64,000 nt of DNA from Trichosphaerium sp. ATCC 40318 (Eukaryota > Protista > Tubulinea). The notes beneath the pieces were generated by a model that had not been told where the DNA came from, did no database searches, and saw nothing but the letters and a program-made list of their open reading frames with translations. The DNA lies in the NCBI GenBank assembly GCA_038496445.1, contig JALMLS010000344.1, positions 248,001-312,000 of the forward strand, read 5' to 3'. Position 1 is the first letter of the stretch. Every line of letters begins with the position of its first letter. Both the position numbers and the translations under genes were made by a program. Shown here in pieces: positions 27,928-40,143 of the stretch.

Positions 27928-29636
27928 ATGGCGTTGAGGTACGATCTATTTTAATACGCTATTAACGCCTACTAGCCAAAGCCAACAAACAAAATGGCCC
28001 ATTGAGGTTTCTGCATTCTATGCTACGTTGTCTGACTATTTGTAGTTGTTTGGAGCTAAGAAGAAATGGTACAAACGGTGTTTAACACTTATAGACAGTG
28101 TGTTTATAATTAGCGATGCTGAGGTATGTTCATTATCAGAACCAACCATTTTGACGGTGCAAAATGAATTTTCTAACCAGCCAAAGGATAATAATGAGGT
28201 GTGCAAAATTAACTTGCAGTTTGTAGATGTACGTACTGTTGCGCCAATAATATCTAAACCGCTTGACAGAAACACGTTTTTAACAAACAACTCAGACACA
28301 TAAGTATAAAATACTTTGAAGAAGGTACGCTAACATGCCTTGTAACAATCTCATGTAGCGCTTAGATGGAACTACTTCAAAGTGCTTTATTCGCGTAGCG
28401 ACTAAAGAGCAAGGAGACGAGATAATTAGTGTTATTGTTGCAAACAGTTCTGACATGAACAAAAAAAATTTGAAGTATCAAGTAAAATCGCTTCAAGAGC
28501 AAGTGAAAAGCACTGAAAACTTAGTAGCAGAAATAGCGAGATTAAAGGCAGCGAACAAGGAGTTGGCTGAATCCGTACGTAGCCAACCATTGCCTACACC
28601 CCCGCCCAAAGCTACTTCTGGTGGTATGACACGATCACAATCTGCCAACTTTAAACCTACCGTACCCAAGAAAAGCCTTAAGATGTCTAGAAGAGCCCTT
28701 CCTAAGAAAGCGATTGTACCTCCAAAACGAAGTGCCTCTACTATTCCTAAACGAAATGTAAGAAAGTCAAACAAAGGCTTACCTACACCACCGCTAAAGA
28801 AGAGACATGTGAAACGAGAACGTAAACCTGTACCACTACCAACAGCCCCGAAAGCAAGAAAGAACCAGCCACCAGTGCCAATTGCCAAGAAACCAAAACG
28901 TACCAACGTTCCACCTAAAAAGCCTCACACAGTAGATTTCAACGAAGAAAACATTATCCTCGCTAGTTCTGTATCTGAGTTACGCCAACAACTTGCCAGA
29001 AAGGAAGCAGAAATTATAGCTCTTAATGCATTGCAAGCAGAAGGTTTACTCTATCGCAAACAAGCACAACAACTCAAAGCTGAAAATGAAAAGCTACGCG
29101 CTTCTCAGATTAATGCAGCAGAATTAGAACATCGTGTTAAACAATTAACTGCTGATAATGCAGCAGCAAATTCTCAAAGGGCTGAACTGACAGAACTTGA
29201 AAATGAAGTATTGAAACTAAGAGCATCTAATAGCAAGCTCCAAGCGGATCTTACAGCTGCGACAAAGTTAAAGAATCAGCTCACTGAGTTGAATGAAAAT
29301 AAGCATGCAACTCTTACATCGATGCAATCTGAGACATTTATACTTAAAACTCAAGTTAGGAGATTAACGAAAGAAAATGAACAACTAAAGGCTGCTAACG
29401 CACCTCCACCTAATACCGGACCACCAAAAATACCAGAGCGTAATTATAATTACAATAACGCAAAGCTCACAGCTTTTACCGCCACGCCATCACCTAATGA
29501 CGAAAAAATTTCTGCCCTTCAAGAAGAAAATAAGAAATTGAAAGAACAATTAGCTGGAGTGCCAGGATTAAAAGCAACCATTTCTCAGTTGACAGAAAAG
29601 AATGACAATCTTAACTTCTTGTTAGGATTGCAATAA
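27928..29636 (+). CDS. PH-like domain + proline/lysine-rich + coiled-coil protein (cytoskeletal/signalling adaptor)
   Basis: Short 5' exons give LFGAKKKWYKRCLTLIDSVFII...CFIRVATKEQGDEIISVI (PH-like); a 1.2-kb terminal exon has PxxP motifs and long heptad repeats. Confidence 0.72.
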
Positions 29637-29871
29637 ACGAAAGAAATAATTGTACAATATATTGTACACAGTCGTAGCATCTGATTGATTGCAAGAAGAA
29701 AGTGACTATGCTGACCCCTCAGTGCAATTTGGCTAAAATTGAGAGCAAGACGGTCTCGTTTGGTCTTTAACTGCTTTATTTTTATCTGTTTGATCAAAAC
29801 ACAGCCCAGCCGGAACGTACGTAGCCCCTATCATTGCATTTTTATCGTAAAGGACTCCAGAAGCTTTGGGC

Positions 29872-31062
29872 ATGTCTAGAGAAGGTGCTTGATCAAATAA
29901 ACAAATAAATAGTGTAGCGTAGTGTAGTTAGCACACCCAACAACAATTTAAGAGACTATCGACGTAGGTTCTCCCAGACGTAGGAGGACAAAAAGACCAA
30001 TGTCTAAAACCAAAACGCTATGGAAGCGTTCTAAAAAAACACTTTATGGCTGCCAAAACCTAAAGTACGCTTCCGATTTTATCCGGCGCAGCTGTAGCTT
30101 TTTTTAATGATACATACATAACCATTCGCATAGAGAAGCTATAAAACTCCCAGAGAGGGAAGATCTAAACGAATGGCTCGCTGTACGTATTGCAACTTGC
30201 GTATTAAAACGCCAAGCGACTATTGCATTGCTCTGAGCATTTCTAATATTAAGTAGGTGAATACCACCGATTGCTTTAGGCAGTTAAATTTGTTATACGG
30301 TAGCATTACTGAGTTTTGCACGCCTGCTCTGTTTCCAGTAATGGTACGTACCTGAAAGGCTTTGTAATAAAGCTCGTCTGTATCGATTTTTATTTTGAGT
30401 AGTTTTCCTTCCTTTCAAAGCCAAATAAGCCATAAGAATCCGTCAAAGTTAATTTGTGTGCGACTGACACTTGCAGGCCGATTTCTTTTTATCTAAATTT
30501 TTTTTTGAAACTATTTATTACTGACGCTACTCCGCAGAATGCAGGCCGCTTTGAATTTAGATGGGTGCCTTTTTCTGAGGATCCAGATAAGAAACAAAAA
30601 GCTGTTAAATTGTCAGCACCTCAGTACATCGATAATTTTATCACGTGGGTACGTAATAGGTTTTATTTCGGAAACAAAAAAAAACAACTTGACACGTTTT
30701 CTTGACACTTATCCTTTACTCAATAGTTACAAGACACACAACAAAATGAGAATGTTTTCCCTGTTAATAAGAATCAGAACTTCCCAGCGACGTTCCTCCT
30801 TTACATCAAGTTTGCATTTAAGCAAATGCTACGCATTTATGCACATATTTATTACGAGCACTTCGAAAAGATATTGAAACTTGGTGAAGAGCCACATTTG
30901 AACACTTGCTTTCTCCACTTTTACTATCTATGCACTGAATTCTCGCTTGTTAAAGAAGAATACTTCAAGCCACTAGAAGGACTTGTTGAAAACCTAGAAG
31001 AAGGATTCAAACTTCATGCTAGACGTGACCGTCACAAGAAAGAAAAGAGCAGAGGCCATTAA
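29872..31062 (+). CDS. mob1: MOB1-family kinase activator
   Basis: EAIKLPEGEDLNEWLAVNT, LLYGSITEFCT, LSAPQYI, FPVN, RIYAHIYYEHF, EEPHLNTCFLHF. Start codon uncertain. Confidence 0.9.
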
Positions 31063-31399
31063 GAAAACTTGGTATTAAACGTATTCTTTAAAGAAAAGCA
31101 AACAAGACAAGAAACGAAACAAACACTATTGCTCTGTGTGACAAAAAAAAGACAAAAACGCGCAATGAAGAAAGACTAGTTTCTTTTTTTTTTTTGTCAT
31201 ACGTTGAATGTGCAATTTGACTGGCAGCTGTTATAATAAATGAATACAATTTGCGCGTTTATATTAGATGTATTAGGGTTTTTTTTTCTTGTGAGTTTAG
31301 TTCGTACAAGATCTTCACCTACAGCTGTTTTTTTTTTACATGTACATAGTTTTCTTTGTTTTTTTTTTTTTGACATTTGCTGCTTGTATATGCGTTAGG

Positions 31400-31903
31400 C
31401 TATGTCTTGCGTGTTGTCCACAAGAAATGGAATGGAATTTTATATCCTTCAAAAATGCCATAGTTGTAAAAGTAGTCATCTTGGTGTGGTGGCTCATATT
31501 GCTTCATTTCGTCAATAGTACAGTAATTTTTAGGTTCTGGTGAGCTGATTGGCGGTTGTGGCTTTTTTTGCTCAATGTGATTAACAGGCGGCACCTCAAC
31601 AGCCACTGGTACGTCTAACGGCGTCTCTACGCTCTGTGGCAGTGCTGGAACGGGTCTGGGTCTCTTTTACAATGTCAGCGTATTTGAGCTCATTTGTTCA
31701 TATAGAAACGAGGGCTACGTTCACGTACCTTATATAAACGCGTATACAGTGCATAAACACCAATACTACCAACACTCACCCCTAAAATGAGTCGTAACAC
31801 CCCTGCCCTTGGCATTGATGCGTCGTAAAGCTGTTATTTCGCAATTTAACAGAACTGAATTAGCTAGACTCACATTGTCACATTTATTCACACTCCAGTT
31901 CAT
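31400..31903 (-). CDS. Small single-TM protein with proline-rich tail, unknown function
   Basis: Three in-frame exons: MNWSVNKCDN / LYDASMPRAGVLRLILGVSVGSIGVYALYTRLYK / RPRPVPALP...LWTTRKT*. Confidence 0.6.
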
Positions 31904-31957
31904 TATGCTCGTTTAAAGGTTACACCACTGTCAACGTGGCTTGGCTAAGGGTAAACG

Positions 31958-34900
31958 ATGACTGAGTCTTCTAAAGCGCCCTTTGCGGTACAATGACGCC
32001 TTTCATTCGTAGAAATGTTAATTGATCAACTAGTTACGCATTGTTACCATAGATAGTTACATGGCGAGGCCTGCAAAGGAGTTTGACAATTGTTGGTCAA
32101 ATTACAACGGTCAAGCAGTTGAAAAGGTACGATAATGGCCTCATACGCATTTAAATATTGTCAGGTGCCTGTAATACGCGTATTTGGGGTAACTCCAATG
32201 GGTCAAAAATGTTGTCTTCATGTTCACAATGGTACCTTGTTGTTCGTATAGTTCAACGTCCAGTAACAGTGGTTGTAGCGTTTCCTTACTTCTTTGTTTC
32301 TGTCGATATGTCACAGCGAGATGCTCAGAATTATGGAAGGAGGTTGGCAACAAGCATTGACAGGTTGCTTACATTAACAAATGCTTTGTTCTATTGGTTC
32401 TAATGTAGTTGCGTAGGGCTCTAGATATTTCTTTTGGTAATAGAGAATCACGTGGGCAGTATGTTTATCGTGTAGATGTCGTTTTGGGCACGTGGTCTTT
32501 CGAATTGTTTGATTGCAAGATTGACAAAAAAATAGGGAAATCATTCTATGGTTTTGCTCAACAACCCAATTACTTCTTGCGTATAAACTTGTATAATCCA
32601 AGATTAATGTCAAAGATTGTTACACTATTACAAAAGGGAGCTATAATGGATAAACAATTCTCAACTTATGAGGTACTAACAGTCACACCTCATAAAGAAG
32701 CTCTTCATAATCATCATTAAATTATTAGTCTCACATTCCTTTCAACTTGCAATTTCTTGTTGACAATAACCTTTTTGGTATGGGTATACTCTCTGTGAGT
32801 GCTGTCAAATTCAGGTATTCTAGGAATAACTTAAAAAGTACTAAACGTTAAGTGTAGACTTCCAATCAAACGTAAACACCAAAATGTTGCATACGACTCA
32901 ATGGCATCTGAAAATACAGGGTTCGTTGTTCATTTCCTTTATTCTAGTACTCAATCCCACAGTGATAAGGCTATTCCGGAATGTCAGCGTGCAGTGTGGT
33001 CACAATCAAACCTCACAAATGATGAAACATCAAGGCTGATGCGCCAGTCTATATGTGAATTAGAGGCAGATGTACTGTTGAAGGACATACAAAATACAGA
33101 AACAAAAGTTCAAATTCTCTCAGACAACACTGATACGCAAGAAAAACTAGTACAATCTTTAGTGTATTGCTGGGAGGTACGTTTATGCTCTAGGTTGTCT
33201 AAGTGTATTTTGATAATCTGAGAGGCAACTAGGACGAGAGAAAAAGACGAATTGAAGCTGGAGAGGATATCAAAAAATTTGATGAAACCATATGGGTTGA
33301 TGGCAATGTTGAGCGCCTGTCGTCTGTACTGACACTACTTTATTTTCTTGCGCATGTGCAGCTAAGTGTTGACAGGTATCTTTTAATTCTGTTGAAGCAC
33401 AAATGTGGAAAAAGCTTGAAGCCTTGATTGCGGAAGAAAAAGAAGCAGCGCCCGAAATGCCATCAATGAGTATGAGAATATCGCTTTGTATTATTAGTTT
33501 CCTTACAAAGTTCTTCTAGCGTCTCAGTTTGAAGTTTCTACTCCACGGACTAATACAGCGTTACGTGATTTAGAACAATACTACAGTCAACCTCATGTAA
33601 TCAACTTTGTTTTCCATTCCAAAGCTGATTTCTTTAGGATAAGGAACCCATTGATGTGGATATACAAATTAATGAGGAAATGGTACTATCTCAAGAATCT
33701 GATATGGAGGTATATGAACTACTCAATTGGATGCAAGAACAAGAACTTGAAGACTTGGACGAGTATCAAGATGAGGAATCAAGCCAACAAGAAGTAGCTG
33801 ATATCATGTACATCACACTATGTTCCGCAAAATCACTGATGGTATGGTTAGGGCATCCCAAAGACCTATCGGTGATGACGATGATGTCGAGTCAGACAGC
33901 GATAGTGAAAGTAGTCAAGATCTATCGGACATAGACATATTAAAGGAAGACGATGATGTTGTAATGGAAGATGTCAAGGTATTAATACAAACCAAAATGA
34001 TTGTTAACAGTTCGTCCAGGTAAAAGAAACTTGCTGTGAGGACAGGAGTGAAACCACCAGTTTTCCTCCAACAGTGCTACCAGACGATATCGAACCACCT
34101 ATAGTATCACCTGATGTACGAGGATTTTAGGTCTTTTTTAATTTAACTTGCACAAAGGTGTTCAATGATAAATCAGATAGTTCAAGTCCTACAACATTGC
34201 CTAATCTTGATGCTATCGAATATGGGTCTATGAAAAAACCACAAACACATGATACAGGTGCCAGGGCAATTAATTTGAAGCCGGATACAGACGCACAGAG
34301 CCCTTTAATAGACGATTCAGGTACACTTGATTTCAATGATAATTAACATGTTAATAATTCCCTAGCCTTTACTTTAAATACCGAGTTTAAAGGCAAACCA
34401 AAGTCCTCTATCAACCCTAAAAAGAGGGATACCACATCCTCTATTCGTGCTACTCGTTCTGAACCGGCAAAAAGAAGGAAACGTGTAAGTTTCTCAGACC
34501 AGTCGACAGTAAGTACTAACTGTTAAACAAACCAACAGTTTACAATATCTAGGTTTATGTTATTCCTTACCGTGACTTACCTCCAAATGAAAGAGTAAAC
34601 CCTAAAACAAAATACCTCCAACCAGGAGAACTTCCAGATGATGCAATAGTACTGGAGACTCCACCTGACGGAGGATCATCTTCAACAAGGTTTTTGGTTT
34701 TGATGGCTTGCGTTTATGCTTACCACACGTAGTTCCATTGTGGATGTACAAATGAGTGATTCAAAATCCCCAGTAGCTATAGAAAGGAGTCAAGAATCTT
34801 TAGATGATGCTATAGCTAACAGTGATAAATGTCTTTCCATGCAAGAATTACTAATGTGGTCACCAGCAATCAAACAAACAGATGATGTATCAAAAGGTAC

Positions 34901-37900
34901 TTGCAATTACATGAAACAGTACATCATGCATTAGCCATTCTCATTCTTTTACAGACGATAGTGATGTGAGCCCCTCTGTTGAAGGATCTCCTGTTATTTG
35001 TCCGACTGGATTGGAATCTACAACAAGGTCTAATCAAAAAACAAGTTCTGTGTCTTCACCGATCGACATTCAACCAATGCAACAAGAACCAACATCACTT
35101 TCACCTATCCATTTGGAACTAGAATTTCCGGACACCAATACTTCATCTCAATTCTTAAAGCCTAAACCAGTCACAGTTACTTCCACACCGCCGAGTGAGC
35201 ATTCACCAGACATGTTCAGAGTGCCAGAGCCTATTACAAGTCAATCGCCAACTTCTGTATCACCGCCAAAACTATCACCTGATCTTTTAGCTCGACCTTC
35301 ACCATCAAGTTACAAGAATTCAGAAGATTCCGCCTCTGATAATTCAGGGACAACAAGGTAACGTCTTTTTGTAGCTTATTGTTAATAACCTTTAGCCAAC
35401 CAAGTGGTGTGACTTTGTATACAGAGCCTTACTTTTCGAAACAATCAGATAAACCTAAAAAGGTATTGTAGTTTTATTTCATACACTCTATCTGATTCAT
35501 TACAGAACACTACATTTGCTGGTCAAGTATTTGATATACCCGTAAAGAAAGAATCCAGTTTGACTATGTACGCCCAAAAGTACAATGTACAAATTGAACC
35601 TACCACACGATCTTCAAGAAGTCCAAGAAATGAGGTAAGTTTCAATTTGTTTGAGCTTTCTAAGGTTTAATGTTCTTTCAAGGAAAATCTTATACACGTG
35701 ATGACACCTAAAGTGCTCCCACCAACTGTATCTGAAGTATTAAAGGTTAAGAAAAGAAGTAGTGGGAAGAATTTTGCATCAACTCAAGGTCAAACTCCAA
35801 GACCCTTTTCAGATGTATTTGAAGCAAGTGACTCTTCCCAAAAGTTAACACCACCGTATAAACAACCAGAAGCTAAATATGGTTTTCATGAACCTCCAGT
35901 ATCCCAGGTATTAGTTACTTTTTAAATGCGTTTTGAATTCACTGAACAAATTCATTAGTTGTCTCAAGCAGCTCCTGGAAATACTCATAATTATAACTTG
36001 AGTCAAGATTTTCTTATACATGCTTCAGCACTTAACCAGCACCTAACAATGATGAGTGTTGAGATTCATGGTACTATATTCTATCAATGTCAATCCAATC
36101 ATTAAATTGTACCATTTAACACTTGTCAAGCAAACACACGAACGAAACTTAATCCTAATCCCAAATTGGATGCCGTCAATGCAATTTTCTATTCAATACG
36201 AGATGATACGTTACTCGCACAGAATCCAGTCAACTACAGAGATAAGGTTTGCTACAAAACTAGTGGAAAAAGAACATTAATATTTTGTTTGTAGCTCGGT
36301 ATCCTTTTGTGGCAAGACCCAGCAAATACGGCTACAGTTCCAAAACACCATGGTACTTTCTAGGAGAATATAGCAATAATTAAATAGTAAATGTGATTAG
36401 GTTGTGAGGTTCAAGTATTTGATAGTGAACCTGCTTTATTTCAAGGATTTATAGATTTGGTTACACTTGTAGATCCAGACATAATGATTGGTACCAATCA
36501 GTTATTACATTATTTTTCTTATGTACCCAAGGTTACGAGGTTCAATCTCATTCTCTTGGTTTGTTAATTGAAAGAGCAGCCACGTTGAGTATCCTACTTA
36601 GAATGCTTTTTTCGTCTTATTCTCGCTTCTTCTCAGGAACATCACCCCTTTGTACCTTGACTGACAAGAAATACCTATGTGTGATAAATTGGCTAGATGT
36701 GTTAGCTTTGGTGGTAGTTTTGAGAGAGGAAGAGTAAGTCACACGTTCCTTAAAATGATTAAAATAAATAACACTCTTATTGCAGCGCGAATACTCCTAC
36801 ACTCATACTTCGGGTATCAGGATTGTTGGTCGTGTTCTTCTCAATATATGGCGTATAATGCACTCAGAAGTGACACTGAGATCATACAGTTTTCATAATG
36901 TGACATATCACGTGCTACACAAAAGGTAGAACTACCACATTTTTGAAGTGATAACTTTACTAGAATGCCAAAGTATTCTCACAAGGCTCTTACAAAATGG
37001 TTTCAATCCGATCGCTTCAGGTGGAGGACATTCAACTATTATTTGGAACGTGTACAAGCAAACATATTTTTACTTGACTCTCTGGATGTTGTTGGACGTA
37101 CTTCTGAACTTGCAAGGCTGTTTGGCATTGGTACGATAAAGTGATTATGTTTTCACAATGTCTAACCTAGTTAGAGTTTTTCTCTGTTTTATCACGTGGT
37201 TCGCAATACCGTGTAGAATCTATGATGCTTAGGATGACAAAAGCTAGCAATTATGTTCTTTTATCACCCTCCAGAGAACAGGTTGCGAAGCAAAACGCTC
37301 CTGAGTGTATTCCACTCGTAAGACAATTTTCGTGCTTATTTCTTATTAAGTTCTTGTTTTCTAGGTTATGGAACCCATTTCGCGCTTCTACACTGATCCA
37401 GTGCTGGTGCTTGACTTTCAGTCTCTTTACCCATCTATTATCATTGCATATAACTATTGCTACTCGACATGTCTTGGAAAGATAGAGCGTGGTGAAGGGC
37501 CTGAAAATTCAAAGCGGTTTGGTACTTCGAAAGTATCATTGCCGCCACGGTTTGTGGAGACGTTTAGGGTAATATCTGAAATTGCTATTTTATTTATTAA
37601 TTATATTAGGACCACATCACATTATCTCCGAATAATACAATGTTCTTACAGCCCTCTATCCGAAAAGTACATAGGAGCTCAATTACAACTATTTTTTTGT
37701 TTTCTACTTTGAAAGCTTAAACCTTACATTTTCCTTAAGGGCATTCTCCCTCGTCTTTTAACGGAAATATTGGAAACGCGTGTCATGGTTAAGAAATCAA
37801 TGAAGCGTGTAACAAGTAATAAGGGTCTAACAAGGTGAGTTATTATTCACTATCAGTTCAATCCAATAACAAGTGCATGCAGGATGTTGCATGCTAGGCA

Positions 37901-39718
37901 GCTCGGACTCAAGTTACTAGCCAATGTTATCTATGGATACACAAGCGCCAACTTCTCTGGTAGAATGCCTTGTGTAGATATAGCTGACGCTATTGTACAA
38001 ACAGCGAGAGAAACACTCGAGGAAGCGATTAGGTTTATTGAAAATAACTTGCTTATTCTTATTTTGTAATGTAGGTTGGTTAACACTAATAGTAAATGGA
38101 ATGCAAAGGTAGTTTATGGTGATACAGATAGTATGTTTGTTCTATTGAAAGGGGCAAGTGTCGAAAGGGCATTTGAGTACGGTTTCAAGTCATAGATCAA
38201 CCAAAAAAGCCTGTCATATCTTTCTCGCTTTTTTCTATGCTTTGGTATTAACCAAGAATAAGGGTTGGAGAAGAAATTGCATCTACTGTGACTAAAATGA
38301 ACCCGTGGCCGATAAAACTTCAACTAGAAAAAGTATACAGACCTTGCGTTCTAGTGAGCAAAAAGAGATACTGTGGAAACAAGTGGGATAGCATGGACCA
38401 AGAAGAAGCGTCAGTTTCACATCCCCTGAAGGTTTTTGGTTGACATTGGTTTTAGGTATTACGAAGCTAAAGGACTTGAAACAGTTCGAAGAGATAGCTG
38501 CCCTGCAGTACAAAAGATAATGAGGCACTCAATAGAGATGTTATTTAAAAACCCAGACATGTCTGCTATTAAGTCTTACTTGCAACGTCAGTTAAAGAAG
38601 ATACTTCAAGGAAGAGTTCCATTGGAGGTACTTGGTAGTAATTGTTGTCAAAACACTTTTCGAATTGCTTTGTTCTTAAAACGTGGTTACTGCCCAGTAG
38701 CTCAAATAGCAGGGCAATGTATTCTCTTTAAACTGTCTATTGTGAAACACTAACAATGCTTTGTTTTACAGGAGTTCATATTCTCCAAAGAAGTGAGGTT
38801 GGGTAGTTATAGCAATAAAGGAGTCAACCCACCAGCTGCTGTTGTTGCGCAGAAAATGATGTTAAGGTAGTAATGGCGTTTGCTGGCTTGTTTGATAACA
38901 ACTACACTTTTAGAGATCCCAGAGCTGAGCCTCAATATGGAGAGCGCGTACCTTATATTGTCGTTGCTGCAGGTAAGTTCAAAGATCGTGACTTCAAGAA
39001 TCTCGTCACTAATTGTAACTTCAAGATGCAAAATCTCGACTTGTGGATATTGTTCATCATCCTTTGGATGTTCTAAATGCGATGGATAAGTATCGCATAC
39101 ATTACTTGTACATGACTATTAATAATATTTACACCAATACAAGTAAGAGCACTTCTAACTTTGCATTGTAGGTATTATATTATGAAGCAAATATTGCCTT
39201 CTATTGCACGCGTTTTTAATCTAGTAGGCGTTGACGTTAAGCGATGGTATCGTGAAATGCCAAAGTCATTCAGGCACGAAAAACAATTTTTTTGTGCAAC
39301 ATCGTAGCAAAGAGTTTTATTTTCTATTTCACGTTTTCTTATATTTTTCCAAAAAAGACAATCAAGGCATCGTCGATATGAACCACGAAAACAAAAGACA
39401 AGAATTGATCAATATTATTTATCTCTTCATTGTCCTATTTGTGACACGCTTACACAAAGTGGACTTTGTGAAGCATGTACAAAGGATAGACAAACATCTA
39501 CTCTACTATTAATGCATCAAACACGTGAAGTTGAGAAGAATTCTTACCATCTTCATCAAGTATGCATGCAATGTTGTTCTTGTAGAGAATCTACTATTGA
39601 TTGTAATTCTATTGAATGTTCTGTACTCTTTGAAAGAGAAAGATTAGTTTATCACTTAAACTTTCTTTCTTCTCATAAGAAAATACTTGAGGATTGGGAT
39701 AACGACATGGATTGGTAA
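31958..39718 (+). CDS. rev3: DNA polymerase zeta catalytic subunit
   Basis: N-terminal IDSYM and [20 protein letters not shown], a long S/P-rich insert, then [62 protein letters not shown] and C-terminal CysA/CysB clusters. Confidence 0.96.
36589..36668 (+). other. Probable U12 (minor spliceosome) GT-AG intron in rev3
   Basis: Donor GTATCCTA, branch-like ACCTTGAC just upstream of the AAG acceptor; this junction is the one that preserves the REV3 reading frame. Confidence 0.5.
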
Positions 39719-40143
39719 AATTCTTTGTAATTAAAAATCCGAAAAAAGCCAAAAATCCAAGAAAACATAAGTTGTATTCATTAGCGTACTTTTTTGAATC
39801 TTCATCCAATCTTGTCCGGATCGTCATTATTCACAAGTGGCCACTGAGGTATACCTTGGTGCCACGGGTAGACGAATGCATTCCTTGTGATGGTGATTTG
39901 GTGGCTTCATAATAGTGTACCAATTGACCAATAAATAAAAATACCAGCAAAAAAGCGCAAAAAAATAGTTTGACACTTCATCAAAATGTAACTACGTGCC
40001 TAGTACTAAATCACTGATACGTATGTATTAATTCTCCGACAATTCATTTATAAATCGGAGCACTTAAACCGAACAAGCGCTAAAAAAAAAACCACAACAC
40101 AAACAATACGAGCTCTTGGTACTTGTTGGGTAACGTAGAAACG

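Noticed and set aside
28493-28906. Long antisense ORFs (also 2177-2583, 11558-11944, 16540-16944)
   Set aside because: These are shadows of low-complexity coding exons on the opposite strand and carry no motifs.
29585-29872. Possible fusion of the PH/coiled-coil gene with MOB1
   Set aside because: The coiled-coil ORF ends naturally at TAA 29636, and no frame-preserving splice with a credible donor was found.
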